A stretch of DNA of 64,000 bases from Amphiscolops sp. MND2022 (lineage: Eukaryota): assembly GCA_964187785.1 (NCBI GenBank), contig OZ076409.1, positions 74,030,001 through 74,094,000 on the forward strand, given 5' to 3'. Position 1 is the stretch's first letter; every line of letters starts with the position of its first letter. Shown piece by piece: positions 1 through 12,700 of this stretch. The position numbers were made by a program, and so were the translations under genes. The notes under the pieces were generated by a model, which made no database searches, was not told the origin of the DNA, and saw only the letters and a list, made by a program, of their open reading frames with translations.

Positions 1-3000
1 GTTAATTTTTGGACTTTGACTGTGAAACAAGCTTGGAACCTTCATTTCGTGGCTGTGGCATTGCACTGAACACAAAAGATGTAAAGTTTTCACATTTTTT
101 GAAAATTCGACATTTTTGAATTTTTTTTCACTACTATCAGTACACTATATGTCAAAAACACCTCTGAAATTTTTTTTTTATTTGCTTAAATTTAGAAACC
201 TCGGTATCCATGGTTTCCGTCAGTACCTACTCGCTGCCAAACACTCAACAGTTTGCATCCAATGTGAAAATAAAATTTTTTTCGAGGTCTTAGGTGTTTC
301 ACAAGGATTTCTCAACTTAGTATCAATTTACAAATTGGTCATTTTGAACACATTATTTTCATCGAAGCGTGTCATATACCGCCCTAATGCTCACGAACGG
401 GCCTACTGGCAACGTTGGAACCATTTATAGTAATAAAAAGTTTTAAAAAATTTTTTTCACCCCGTCTTCAGTCATTTTACACACTTTCGGAACTTAACTT
501 AGAAAAATTTCAACCAAAAACCCATTTTTTGTCTAGTCGAAAATTCAAATTCAGCTTTTTAGGCAAAATAAGTAAATCTGACATAACCAGTGGGGCCCAT
601 GAAACTCAAAACCACGATTGAGACTGGTATCAATGGCTCCAATAACATATGAGTCGCGATAAGACGCTATTTTGAGCAAAACATCTCAATTGAGGTAAAG
701 ATCTCGCAAGCCAGCGATCACTGTGAAATGTGATTTCATCAAACATTTACTCTTTTTTGTCACTCACTATGTGCACAGAATGCGTAGGGTGCGTTTCAGC
801 ACTATAATGAGGTTTTTGAAGGCATCGAGTTGCTCAAGGGGTGGTATGAGACATTTTTGTCCCTTATACTACTGTAGTTTCCAAAATTTTTACCCCAATA
901 TCTGGAAATACAAACTTGACAAACAACTTTCAACTACTTTATTCAAAGGTTACAATATAGATGAACACTCTGGTTGATAAGAAACTTTCATCTCTTTCGT
1001 TTTCGGAAATATTTCCGTTCGCATGTGTTACATTCATAGCAGAAAAAAAAATCGAAACTGAAAAATACGCTATTTTGCTGATATAGAATCGCAATGATTG
1101 TGCCTAAAAACTCTTTCAACACTTCTAACGCAACCTTACGCACCCAAAATGATCAAAAATGCTATTCACAATGGTGACATGTGCTCTTTCTACGATCCTG
1201 GCTGGACAAGGTTTGCATATTTTTCAAGTACCTGTCAGCTAAATCTTGTGATAGCCTTTTCAGTTGGCCTTGTGTCAACTTGGGAAGGCTATCACATCAA
1301 AAAACCATCAACAAAAAAAAATTTTGTTTATTGGATCTTACAGTAGATACTTTTTTCGTGATTCTATACTACCGTTAGTATATTTCATCAGGTCACCTTA
1401 CGATTGCATTCAGTCTTTGATAAAAACCTATGAACTCAAAGTCACATTTATATATTTTTTTGCCAGAAAATAACATCAAAAATATCTAAAATTTATAAAA
1501 TAGAGTCTTTAACATTTTTACGTTTCAAGTTTTTGCCGTTATTAGGCCAATCAACGTCCTAGAGCCACATCCTGCCACATACTGTACAACGCCACATAGT
1601 GTTGCGACGTGCACAGTCTGTGGGCATGCCGAGGCATGCCCTTCGACGACGTATGCCGAATACCGCGGGCCTACGCCCGCGCTCCCCGGCTAGGTGGGCG
1701 GGGGTAATTCCCCAACAAAAAATTCGGCCGGCGGGTTGGGTCCTGCCGGACGTCAAATAGTGTGAAACATCCAGTAGGAAACGGCGACATAAATCAGCGA
1801 TTTTAAAATTTAACCGTTAGAATTCGGACTTGGAGTGCATGCGGCCCCAAAATGCCCATACGAATCGAAGTTCCTGCTGACGTTAAGCGATAAAAACATT
1901 TTATAAAAAGTTATGGCCAATTTTTGGTCCCCATTAGATGTAAAAATGATGAAATTTTTCATAAAAGGGCAAATATCTCAAAATGCAATAATTTTTAGAC
2001 ATTGACTGTGAAACAAGCTTGGAACCTTCATTTCGTGGCTGTGGCATTGCACTGAACACAAAAGATGTAAAGTTTTTACATTTTTCGAAAATTCGACATT
2101 TTTGATTTTTTTTCACTTCTATCAGTACACTATATGTCAAAAACACCTCTGAAAAAAATTATTATTTGCTTAAAATTGGAAACCTTGGTATCCATGGTTT
2201 CTGTCGGAACCTACTCGCTGCCAAACACCCAACAGTTTGCATCCAATGTGAATTTAAAATTTTTTTCGAGGTCATAAGGGTTTCACAAGGTTTTCATAAC
2301 TTAGTATTAAACTACAAACTGGTCATTTTCAACATAATATCTTTGTCGAGGCATGTCGGATATAGTCCTATTGCTCACGAACGGTCCTACTGGCAACGTA
2401 ATAACCATTTATAGAAATTTAAAGTTATAAAAAAAATTTTTCACCCGGTCTTCAGTCATTTTTCAGTCATTCGGAACTTAACTTAGAAAAATTTCAACCA
2501 AAAACCCATTTTTTGTCAAGTCGAAAATTCAAATTCAGCTTTTTAAGCAAAATAAATAAATCTGACATAACCAGTGGGGCCCATGATACTCAAAACAACG
2601 ATTGACACTGGTATCAATGGCTCCAATAACATATGAGCCGCGATAAGACGTTATTTTGAGCATTACGTCTAAATTGAGGTAAAGATCTCGCAAGCCAGCG
2701 ATCACTGTGAAATGTAATTTCATCAAAAATTTACTCTTTTTTGTCAATCACTATGTGCACAGAATGCGTAGGGTGCGTTTCAGCACTATAATGAGGTTTT
2801 TGAAGGCATCGAGTTGCTCAAGGGGTGGTATGAGACATTTTTGTCCCATATACTACTGTAGTTTCCAAAATTTTTACCCCAATATCTGGAAATACAAACT
2901 TGACAAAATACTTTCAAATACTTTATTCAAAGGTTACAATATAGATGAACACTGTGGTTGATCAGAAACTTTCATCTCTTTCGTTTTCGGAAATTTTTCC

Positions 3001-5663
3001 CTTCGCATGTGTTACACTCATAGCAGAAAAAAAAATCGAAACTGAAAAAAACGCTATTTTGCTAATATAGAATCGCAATGATTGTGCCTAAAAACTCTTT
3101 AAACACTTCTAACGCAACCTTAGGCACCCAAAATGATCGAAAATGCTATTCACAATGGTGACATGTGCTCTTTCTACGATCCTGGCTGGACAAGGTTTGC
3201 ATATTTTTCAAGTACCTGTCAGCTAAATCTTGTGATAGCCTTTTCAGTTGGCCTTGTGTCAACTTGGGAAGGCTATCACATCAAAAAACCATCAACAAAA
3301 ATAATTTTTGTTTATTGGATCTTACAGTCGATACTTTTTTTCGTGATTCTATACTACCGTTAGTATATTTCATCAGGTCACCTTACGATTGCATTCAGTC
3401 TTTGATAAAAACCTATGAACTCAAAGTCACATTTATATATTTTTTTGCCAGAAAATAACATCAAAAATATCTAAAATATATAAAATAGAGTCTTTAACAT
3501 TTTTACGTTTCAAGTTTCTGCCGTTATTAGGCCAATCAACGTCCTAGAGCCACATCCTGCCACATACTGTACAACGCCACATAGTGTTGAGACGTGCACG
3601 GTCTGTGGGCATGCCGAGGCATGCCCTTCGACGACGTATGCCGAATACCGCGGGCCTACGCCCGCGCTCCCCGGCTAGGTGGGCGGGGGTAATTCCCCAA
3701 CAAAAAAATCGGCCGGCGGGTCGGGTCCTGCCGGCCGTCCAAAATCAAAATCCTCCTAGTAGAAAACGGCATGTCAAACGAGCTATTTTTTTATTTAACC
3801 ATACGAATTTCACCATTTTTTGCATGCGGCCCTGAAATGGCCATACGAGACGAAGTTCCTGCTGACGTTTTGCGATGTAAATGTTTTATAAAAAGTTATG
3901 GCCGATTTGTCATTCACCTAGAAGGGTAAAATGAGGAAAATTTTAACAAAGTCGCTGATAACTCAAAATGTGTTAATTTTTGGACTTTGACTGTGAAACA
4001 AGCTTGGAACCTTCATTTCGTGGCTGGGGCAGTGGACTGAACACAAAAGATGTAAAGTTTTTACGTTTTTTGAAAATTCGACATTTTTGAAATTTTTTTC
4101 ACTACTATCAGTACCCCATATGTCAAAAACACCTCAGAAAAAAATTTTTATTTGCTTTAAATTGGAAACCTTGGTATCCATGGTTTCTGTCGGAACCTAC
4201 TCGCAGCCAAACACCCAACAGTTTGCATCCAATGTGAAAATAAAAATTTTTTCGGGGTCATAAGCGTTTCACAAGGATTTCTCAACTTAGTATTAATTTA
4301 CAAAATGGTCATTTTGAACATAATATTTTCATCGAGGCTTGTCGGCTATAGCCTTAATGTTCTAGAACGGTCCCACTGGCAACGTAGCAACCATTTATAG
4401 TAATATAAAAGGTTAAAAAATTTTTTTCACCCGGTCTTCAGTCATTTTTCAGACATTCGGAACATAACTTAGAAAATTTTCGACCCAAATACCCATTTTT
4501 TGTCAGGTCGAAAATTAAAATTCAGCTATTAAAGCAAAATTACTTACTCTGACGTAACCAGTGGGGCCCATGATACTCAAAAACACCATTGGCACTGGTA
4601 CCAATGGCTCCAATAACATATGAGTCGCGATAAGACGTTATTTTGAGCAATACGTCTCAATTGAGGTAAAGATCTCGCAAGCCAGCGATCACTGTGAAAT
4701 GTGATTTCACCAAAAATTTACTCATTTTTGTCAATCATTATGTGCACAGAATGCGTAGGGTGCGTTTCAGCACTATAATGAGGTTTTTGAATGCATCGGG
4801 TTGCTCAAGGGGTTGTATGAGACATTTTTTCCCTATATACTACTGTGTTTTCCAAAACTTTTAGCCCATTATCAGGAAAAAATAATTTGACAAAATACTT
4901 TCAACTACTTTATTCAAAGTTTACAATATAGATGAGCACTGTGGTTGATCAGAAACTTTCATCTCTTTCGTTTTCCGAAATAATTCCCTTCGAATGTGTT
5001 ACATTTGTAGCCGGAAAAAAAACCGAAACTAAAAAATACGCGATTTTGCTGAGATAGAACCGGGATAATTGTGTCTAAATACTCTTTAAATACTTCTAAC
5101 GCGACCTTACGGACCCAAAAGGATTAAAAATGCCACTCACAATGCTGACATGTGCTCTTTCGACGATCCTGGCTGGACAAGTTTTGCAAATTTTTCAAGT
5201 ACCTGTTAACTGAATTTTGTGATAGCCTTTTAAGTTGGCCTTGTGTCAACTTGGGAAGGCTATCACATCAAAAAACTTTCAACAAAAATACTTTTTGTTT
5301 ATTGGATATTGCTGTCGATACCTTTTTTTGTGATTCTATACTACCGTTAGTATATTCCATCAGGTCACCAGACGATTGTATTCAGTATTTGATAAAAACT
5401 TATGAACTCGAAGTCTTTTTCATATGTTTCTTGTTCAAAAAAATTATCAATAAAATTTATATTATAAACAATTGAGTCTTTAACTTTTTTATTTCCCAAT
5501 TTTCCAGTGTTATTAGGCTCATCAACTTCCTACTGCCACATCCAGACATTAGTACAACGCCACAAAGTGTTGCGACGTCCACCGTCTGTGGGCATGCCGA
5601 GGCATGCCCTTCGACGACGTATGCCAAAAATAGCGCCCTCCGCGGTCACTACCGCGGTAGCAG
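1..5663 (+). repeat. Tandem ~1.99-kb units (type O): one partial and two complete copies; non-autonomous Helitron-like cassettes
   Basis: CTAGGTG junctions at 1690, 3675 and 5664 give periods of 1985 and 1989. Long near-identical stretches recur (for example 723-977 vs 2707-2961). Each unit ends with the GGGCATGCCGAGGCATGCCC hairpin (for example 1622-1641) followed by CTAG. Confidence 0.9.
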
Positions 5664-6945
5664 CTAGGTGGTCCGGTACACTACCAACAAAACATTGTCG
5701 CGAGCAACGGGGAGGGTCCTGTAGCGAGCTTTATAGGAAAAAAACGGCGGAGCATATATACTAGGCAACATCGGCACTTTTACCCACGATCTCTGAAATG
5801 AACCATACGATCCGGCTCAAAATTTGCATACGGCTTCCTCTAGCGATTCTAAGAACTTTTCCCTACTGGCATTTTGCCCGGAAAATTCAAAATGTGGGTC
5901 AAAATCTTAGTTTTTTGGTCGAAAAATGGCGTTTTTTTGGAAAAAAATTTTTTAAGAGCCCATATCTCGCTCCCAGGTGCTCGGAGCGGGTCGCATGTGG
6001 ACGTTGATATTGCTGGGCACTTCTTAAGGAGTCCGTAGACAAATTTTCGTACAGATCGGATGAAAATTGACTGAGTAATAGCCGCAAATCCGACGAATTT
6101 TTCAGAAAATTTTGGTACACCTAGTCTATCTGCCGTTTTTTGCCCAGATTTTTTTCCAGGACCTCTTCTAAAGGCCTCCCCTGGCCGGTTTACCTCCCAG
6201 AAAAACCATTTGGCCCTTTTGCCGCAGTTTCAGCGTTCCAGGATTCCCCGGGTAAAAGATAAATGACTTAGAATTTTTTCGAAAATTTTTCAAAAATTTT
6301 TTTTTCAACTTCAGGCCCCCCAAAGTCAAGAAACTTCCACACAACTAGTATTGCAAGTGAATGCATGTGGAAAGTGCTCGAATAGACGAGAAAAATGAGC
6401 TATTATAAAGTTCTGTAGCTTAACCTGACGTTGACTTATGACAATTTTAGTGTGAGCTTGCTATGTGAGAAAAAAATTTCATAAATTGAAAATCGAAGCT
6501 AAGTCTCATCGGAATACGTTCAGTGGACCCCAGCGCTGTTTAAATGCCGCTGTTTAGTGCAGCAACGCCCTTTAAGGTCATTTGATCCATTTTTTACAGG
6601 TTTTGACACCGTCTTATCCATTCGAAAGTTCGAAAGAGTTGTGTACATTCCATCTCCCCCCTTCTATGGGGGAGATGGTAATGTACACGCAAAAAGCCAA
6701 GTACTACTGTTCTTTTTATACTTGGAGTGGCCTCGGCAATGCAGTAGCGGGAGCTCCAGGTCGTTTGCCGTAGCCTTATTGTCTGTTTAGACTTTGCTAC
6801 AACAGAAACTATGTTACTGAACATGAAAAAGATTGTTTCAATCCAAATGTTTTTTTTTCAAATAATAATACCAAATAACACATGTCCATATATCCACTAT
6901 TGCCACTAAATACTGGCGCATCGTCGCACAACGAAGCCTGCAGCG
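5664..6945 (+). repeat. 1282-bp cassette (type P) of the main 1.3-kb family, lacking the terminal GGGCATGCC hairpin
   Basis: It lies between the junctions at 5664 and 6946. It has the family blocks CTAAAGGCCTCCCCTGGCCGG, GTGAATGCATGTGGAAAG, CGTTGACTTATGAC and the internal hairpin at 6641-6688. Confidence 0.8.
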
Positions 6946-7702
6946 CTAGGTGCCATAATCCATTGATTAGCTCAACACTTCGAGGGCGGGGTAGGGCCCC
7001 CAGCCCGAGTCAAAAGTCGAAGACAAACAACTTAAGGCGAATGTAACAGCGAGACCCCGATTTTCTAAACTAGCCCCGCGATTTGGCTGAAATTTTGCAT
7101 ACGGCTTCCTATAACAATTCTAAGAACTAATTCCTACTGGCATTTTGCTGTGAAAACGCAGAATGTGGGTCAAAATCTTAGTTTTTTGGTCGAAAAATGG
7201 CGTTTTTTCGAAAAATTTTTTTTCAAGAGCCCATATCTCGCCCCCAGGTGCTCGGAGCGGGTCGCATGTGGACGTCGATATTGCTGGGCTCTTCGTAAGG
7301 AGTCCGTAGACAAATTTTCGTACAGATCGGATAAAAATTGACTGAGTAATAGCCGGAATTCTGACGAATTTTTCAGAAAATTTTGGTACAACTAGTCTAT
7401 CTCTGCCGTTTTTTGCCCAGATTTTTTTCCAGGACCTCTCCTAAAGGCCTCCCCTGGCCGGTTTACCTCCCAGAAAAACCATTTGGCCCTTTTGCCGCAG
7501 TTTCAGCGTTCCAGGATTTCTTGAGTAAAAGTAAAATGACTTAGAATTTTTTCGAAAATTTTCAAAAATTTTTTTTTCAACTTCAGGCCTCCCAAAGTCA
7601 AGAAACGTCCACACAACTAGTATTGCAAGTGAATGCATGTGGAAAGTGCTCAAAAAGACGAGAAAAATGAGCTATTATAAACCTCTGTAGCTTAACTTGA
7701 CG

Positions 7703-7806
7703 TTGACTTATGACATTTTAAGTTTAGGTAGGTTTTAAATTCATATTTCTAACTTTGACTTATGACATTTTAAGTTTAGGTAGGTTTTAAATTCATATTT
7801 CTAACT
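7703..7806 (+). repeat. Perfect 2 x 52-bp tandem duplication
   Basis: TTGACTTATGACATTTTAAGTTTAGGTAGGTTTTAAATTCATATTTCTAACT occurs at 7703-7754 and 7755-7806. Confidence 0.95.
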
Positions 7807-8190
7807 AATTGTTTTTTCTTTTTCCAGGTGTCGGAGTTCTTTTTTTATGCAAACAGGTAGTATTTGGTAACAGGTTACGTCTGGTAAGTTTGTGGGTTGA
7901 GTAGTAAATGGTGATCATCGATCGACGGAAAGCGTGGTCGGTGATTAGGTGTTCTGCACAAAAGTAGTGGTAAAACAGGTAATCCTCGGTAAATATGCCG
8001 GCAAAGGTGAAAATGAAGTGCAACCGTGTTTCCAGTTATACGCAATCTTTGTTATGTGTCAAAAATGGTGACTTTTTCTGATGATGTCTAACAGGATCAG
8101 CGTTTTTCCAGATTTGATTTGAATTGCTTTGATCTGCTTTGCCAACATTAACTTGTTTTGCTTGGCTATCAAAGAGGCTAAAAGTCCCCA

Positions 8191-9792
8191 ATGCCTCGTG
8201 GTAGAGGGAGAGGAAAAACCAGCATTGCTAACAGGAGACGAAGATGTGAGATTCACAATACTTTCATACCAGCGAATGGAGTTTGTGTAAGATGTCAGGA
8301 GAGTCAGCGAATTCAACAACATGATGCTGAACAGGATTTAACAGCTGCCAATGTCCCCAATCCCCCAGATGCCCCCATTGATGCGGAGATGCGAGGTGTA
8401 GAGATGAGAAATGAGGAGATGTGTGAGAAGTGCTGCAGGACGACAACAGATAATTACAAACTTGACTTTCACTCTTTGAACCGAGACTCACTGCATCCGA
8501 CTAAATTTGGTAAACACGTTGCTGAGTTGGGCGGAGAGGTCATCAGGATGTGTCACCAATGTGTAAACTATACTAACAACGTCAAACGACACTTGGACTG
8601 GCCTAATGCTTGGCCCAGCGTTATGTATACTCTACTTTTCGAGACACATAGGTTTAAGTCTAATGCTGAAAAACTATATAAACTACTGCCACATGAAATT
8701 AAGGAATCTTTTAAACAAAACATGCATGCTGTTCATCCATTAATAGCGACTTCCGTAACTGATTCTGTGTTTAGAGATATTACCCGAGAAAAGGAAGACT
8801 TTTGGAATTTAATTAACACTAGAACTGCCAAAACACTTGTAAAAGCTTTAACTACCCACTGCTTTCCTAACATCAGGTGTCCTGCTGGATGCTTTGAATT
8901 CGTCGAAAAGTCTAGTGGAATTTCTTTTGCACATTTTTTGAATTACCTTTTTCCATTATTCACTAGCTTTAATGCGAACAGTAAAAAATTTTTGAAAGGA
9001 GCTCGAGATGATTTCACTAAAAGGTTAACCCTCTTAGAAAAATTTTCCATTTCACCGTGTGTAATTAGCAACGAAAAAGGTTTACAATTGGTAGTCTGTT
9101 CTGACCATAAAAACGGTGTATTACTGAATTATGTGCATGTACCAACTAATCCAGTGGCAGGTAACATCAGCCCTAAGTTCGTTGACAGGTTGGCTCTAAT
9201 GGTTTCTAGTGTAAGAACGGTAAGACCTCTCAAAATTGGCGCTAAAAGTGCTACTTTCACTATGTGTCGGGTTGACAGTGGACGCATAAGTGGTGTTAGT
9301 TCTACTGTTCTCCACAAGTTCAGGAATTTTGAATGTCCTCTAAATTATTTACATCAGAACATGGAGAAGTTATTGATCAATTGTAGGAGTGATGTCAAAG
9401 AAATCATCAGGGTTTGTTGTCAAAATCACGAAATTAGTGAGACTTTAGCTGAAGCTTTTTTGGGGTTTGAATTGCCTGTTTCTTTATCGTCAATCGAAGA
9501 GCATTGTAAAAACGCTATTGTTTTTAACATGAACGCACTGATGCGCATGAAAGAGTACGTAGAAACTTGCCCAGAAGATGTTACAAATCGGGAACATTCG
9601 AAACAACCTCTGGTATACGGTCATAGATTAGATGGCTATGGTTCTGAGCCATCAGTGTTTCCCAAAGGTTTTTCTCAAGAAAGCAATTTTTTGTATTTGC
9701 GCATGCATTTCTTCTCAGCGATTCTTTATGGTATAAATTGTGTCATCTTTGCGACGAACATGTTCAAGTTTCTGAAATCTGTAAAATTTTGA
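8191..9792 (+). CDS. Cys/His-rich 533-aa ORF; probable N-terminal part of the Rep-helicase polyprotein
   Basis: Long ATG-started ORF with a basic N-terminus (MPRGRGRGK..RRRR) and putative Zn ligands (CEIH..CVRC, CEKC..CHQC, CPAGC, CSDH). It overlaps the next ORF, which is in the -1 frame. Confidence 0.8.
   Translation: MPRGRGRGKTSIANRRRRCEIHNTFIPANGVCVRCQESQRIQQHDAEQDLTAANVPNPPDAPIDAEMRGVEMRNEEMCEKCCRTTTDNYKLDFHSLNRDSLHPTKFGKHVAELGGEVIRMCHQCVNYTNNVKRHLDWPNAWPSVMYTLLFETHRFKSNAEKLYKLLPHEIKESFKQNMHAVHPLIATSVTDSVFRDITREKEDFWNLINTRTAKTLVKALTTHCFPNIRCPAGCFEFVEKSSGISFAHFLNYLFPLFTSFNANSKKFLKGARDDFTKRLTLLEKFSISPCVISNEKGLQLVVCSDHKNGVLLNYVHVPTNPVAGNISPKFVDRLALMVSSVRTVRPLKIGAKSATFTMCRVDSGRISGVSSTVLHKFRNFECPLNYLHQNMEKLLINCRSDVKEIIRVCCQNHEISETLAEAFLGFELPVSLSSIEEHCKNAIVFNMNALMRMKEYVETCPEDVTNREHSKQPLVYGHRLDGYGSEPSVFPKGFSQESNFLYLRMHFFSAILYGINCVIFATNMFKFLKSVKF
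9687..9693 (+). other. Candidate -1 frameshift position (T TTT TTG) joining ORF1 to the RepHel ORF
   Basis: ORF1 reads AAT TTT TTG here. The -1 frame is open from 9648 (last stop TGA at 9645-9647) to 15314. A slip, or one extra T, gives ..ESNFFVFAHAFLLSDSLWYKLCHLCDEH.. Confidence 0.5.
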
Positions 9793-12700
9793 ACCGCCTT
9801 AGGGAAAATAAAAGTTTAAAACATCACCACACAAATCAATCATTAGTCAATGGATTGCAGAGTTCTTTCGCTGAACTGTTTCCTTCGCAAGCAGAACCTT
9901 TAATGAGTTTTTGTGAAATGTTAGAGGGTTGTCAGGTTGTGCACTGTCACAGAGCTAATGTTGACACTGTTAGGATTGACTGTGCTAGAAACGATGTAAT
10001 TTTAGTGGTTGCCACCGATGTCCAAACTAGGGATAGTCAAATTCCTTTCAATTTAACATCAATTAATGGTAAAATCTTTCAATTGATTTTCATCTCAGCT
10101 GAAAGTAAGGTGAGTTTGAGGCACGGAGATCCTTTTTTCAATTTCTGGACTATACTAAACGACGGAAGCCGTGCTAGGAAAGATCCAACTTTGGAATTCC
10201 AGTACAATAGAATTTGGAAATTTTTAATTTACGTTTCTAAGACAGACTTGAATGAGGAAACTAAACTTCGATACTTAAAATACATGGGAGGTCAGGGAAT
10301 TTTTTTCTGTCAGGAACACCATCTGCCGCTATCTACGGATTACTTTAAAAGCCAACGAAAATGTAGTATGCCTAAAAACACCGGTGACCAGCGAATATGT
10401 ACTAGAAAATCTGCTTGGCGTTGTCCCGAAAAAAATTGTTTAGCGTCCGTTTGTAAGACTCATTTCCGTGAATTTTGTGACGCTAACGATAAGGTTTTGG
10501 TCGACAACACGCCTTCTGATGATGCAATCCAAGACAGCAGCGATGAAGAAGCTACTTTGCCAGAAGAAGCTGAAGAGCAGCCGGAAAACAGTTTGCCAGG
10601 ACCTAGCTTCGTACTGGACGACCAACAGAGACCACAAGAACCTGAAGCCAACATGGATGAGTTCGATTGCCCACAATTAATTGTGGATGCCGGGTTCCAA
10701 GAAACTGATGCTTTTGCCACGGACGCTGGCTGTGAGCCCGTTTACTTGTCCAATGACTCCAATTTCGTTCCCATGCATGTACTTTTAAATGGTGAATGTC
10801 AAATACTGAAAAGATTGAAATATCCCTCCCACATAGGCAAAAAATTCCAACGTTTTTTCCAAAATTTTGTTTCCACACTTCCGGGTCGTTCTATCCCCCT
10901 GCTGCAACCTGAAGCGTGTCTATTCCCAAGCATTTTTTACAAGCAATTAGAAGACGGTTCGTTTCCTGGCGCTCTGCCTTTTTTCTTGTATGACGATAAA
11001 AATGCAAACTCCAAGTTAGAATTCGATGGTTTGCATGAACACATGCGTTTAAGACTTAAGGACGGTACGCTTTTAACTTCTTCCAACTTGGCCTATATAA
11101 TGTATGCTTTCGACTGTGTTTTAAATTTGTCACTTGTAAAATGCCACACAAATCAATTTTTCAAACGGGGATTGCAGACGATCACAATTGGCAAGTACAA
11201 ACCGCAGCAGCTGACATCTACGGAGTCTGTTCTAAAAATGGATAGCGTCGACAGCGACGTACATGTAAATCGATTAGGAACTGCTTGTGCCACTGAAACG
11301 CCGGATCTTTTTGTCACTTTTACATGTAACCAAAAGGAACACCCGGGTGTTGCTGAAGTCGTTAACGCTATCTACGAACTGTACGGCAGCGCGACCACCG
11401 AAGAACTAAAAGAAGTGCTCCAGGCTTACATGGTCATCATTGTAAGATGCTGGACTAGGACTATTGAACTTTTAATTGATTACTTGAGGTTTTCAGACGA
11501 ACAAATTTTGGGTGAAATTATCAAAGTTTGGGGTAGGGCAGAATTTCAAAGTGCAGCAGCTAACCTACAGCACTATCACATTCTTTTTTGGTTAAAAAAT
11601 TCGACACAGGACATCATCGAGAAAATTCAATGTGCACACAAACACGTCCTCCATGAGTTTAAAAAGTTGTTTCAAATGAATTTTGGAACTGTTGATAGTG
11701 ACGAGCATGCATTTAATTTATTTGAAAATTGTATTCGTGTTCAAAGTCATGACTGTGAGAAAGGGCACTGTCTTAAAAAAGTAAGGTTGAACGGCGAGCG
11801 AAAGTGTCGTTTCCCGCCCTATCCTCAAAGTAACGTTCCCTGGTACAAAGAATTCCACCAGCCACATTCGGAAGAAGCCCTAGTAGCATTACAGGAAATT
11901 GATTTGGCTGAACCGAGGCCTGGTTTTTATAATTGTCTGCAGGTTACATCAACTCTAATGGCAGGTAAATACATGTATGCGGCCACCAGAGGAGAGCACA
12001 TGTCACCGCTGAATGTTGCCCTCTGGAGTATTTGTAAATCCAGTTTGAACGTTTTAAAGGTTTGCAAGTCGGTCGCATCCAGGTACTTGACATCGTACGC
12101 TGCTGGAAAAGAAGAGCATGCTGATGTGGCCATCAATCCAGAAAATGCTCACAATGTGTTAAATGTGCAGGTTCAAAAAATTGAAAACAAAAAGTTAGGC
12201 GGTGTTAGAAAGATCCTTGCTCGAGAAGCTAAGCAGGATAAAACGCAAGGTATCATAGATTCTACCACCATTGCAACTACAGAATGTGTGTCATGGATGT
12301 TACAACTACCAACCGTAATAACAACCATGGATTTTGTTTCAGTCCCCACAGTAGCTTTAGAAAATCGGGGAGGTGTAATTTTAAAAAGGAAAAATAACAC
12401 TTGTTCGAGAACAAATATACCAGGTGTGGCCAACGAAGGTCCATGTGAGATCAGGGAACATTATTTGAGGTTACCACGTCATCGACTTTTTACTAGGAGC
12501 CAGAAAACTGTTCTAGAAAGTGTGAACAAAACGCCATTTAGTACTGATAAAGTAACTGTTTTTTCTCTACGTCCTCCTGAATTGCTTTTTGTAAACAAAC
12601 TAAGACCCTACTTCAGGTGGTTTAAACGCGAAAAATTGTCCGGTAAAAGGGAGACTGTCAGTGTACGATTTTTGAAAAACGACGTTAGGGAATCAACTTG

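Noticed and set aside
116..5764. Short ORFs in the 2-kb type O units
   Set aside because: Frames break differently in each copy through homopolymer indels, and there are no protein motifs.
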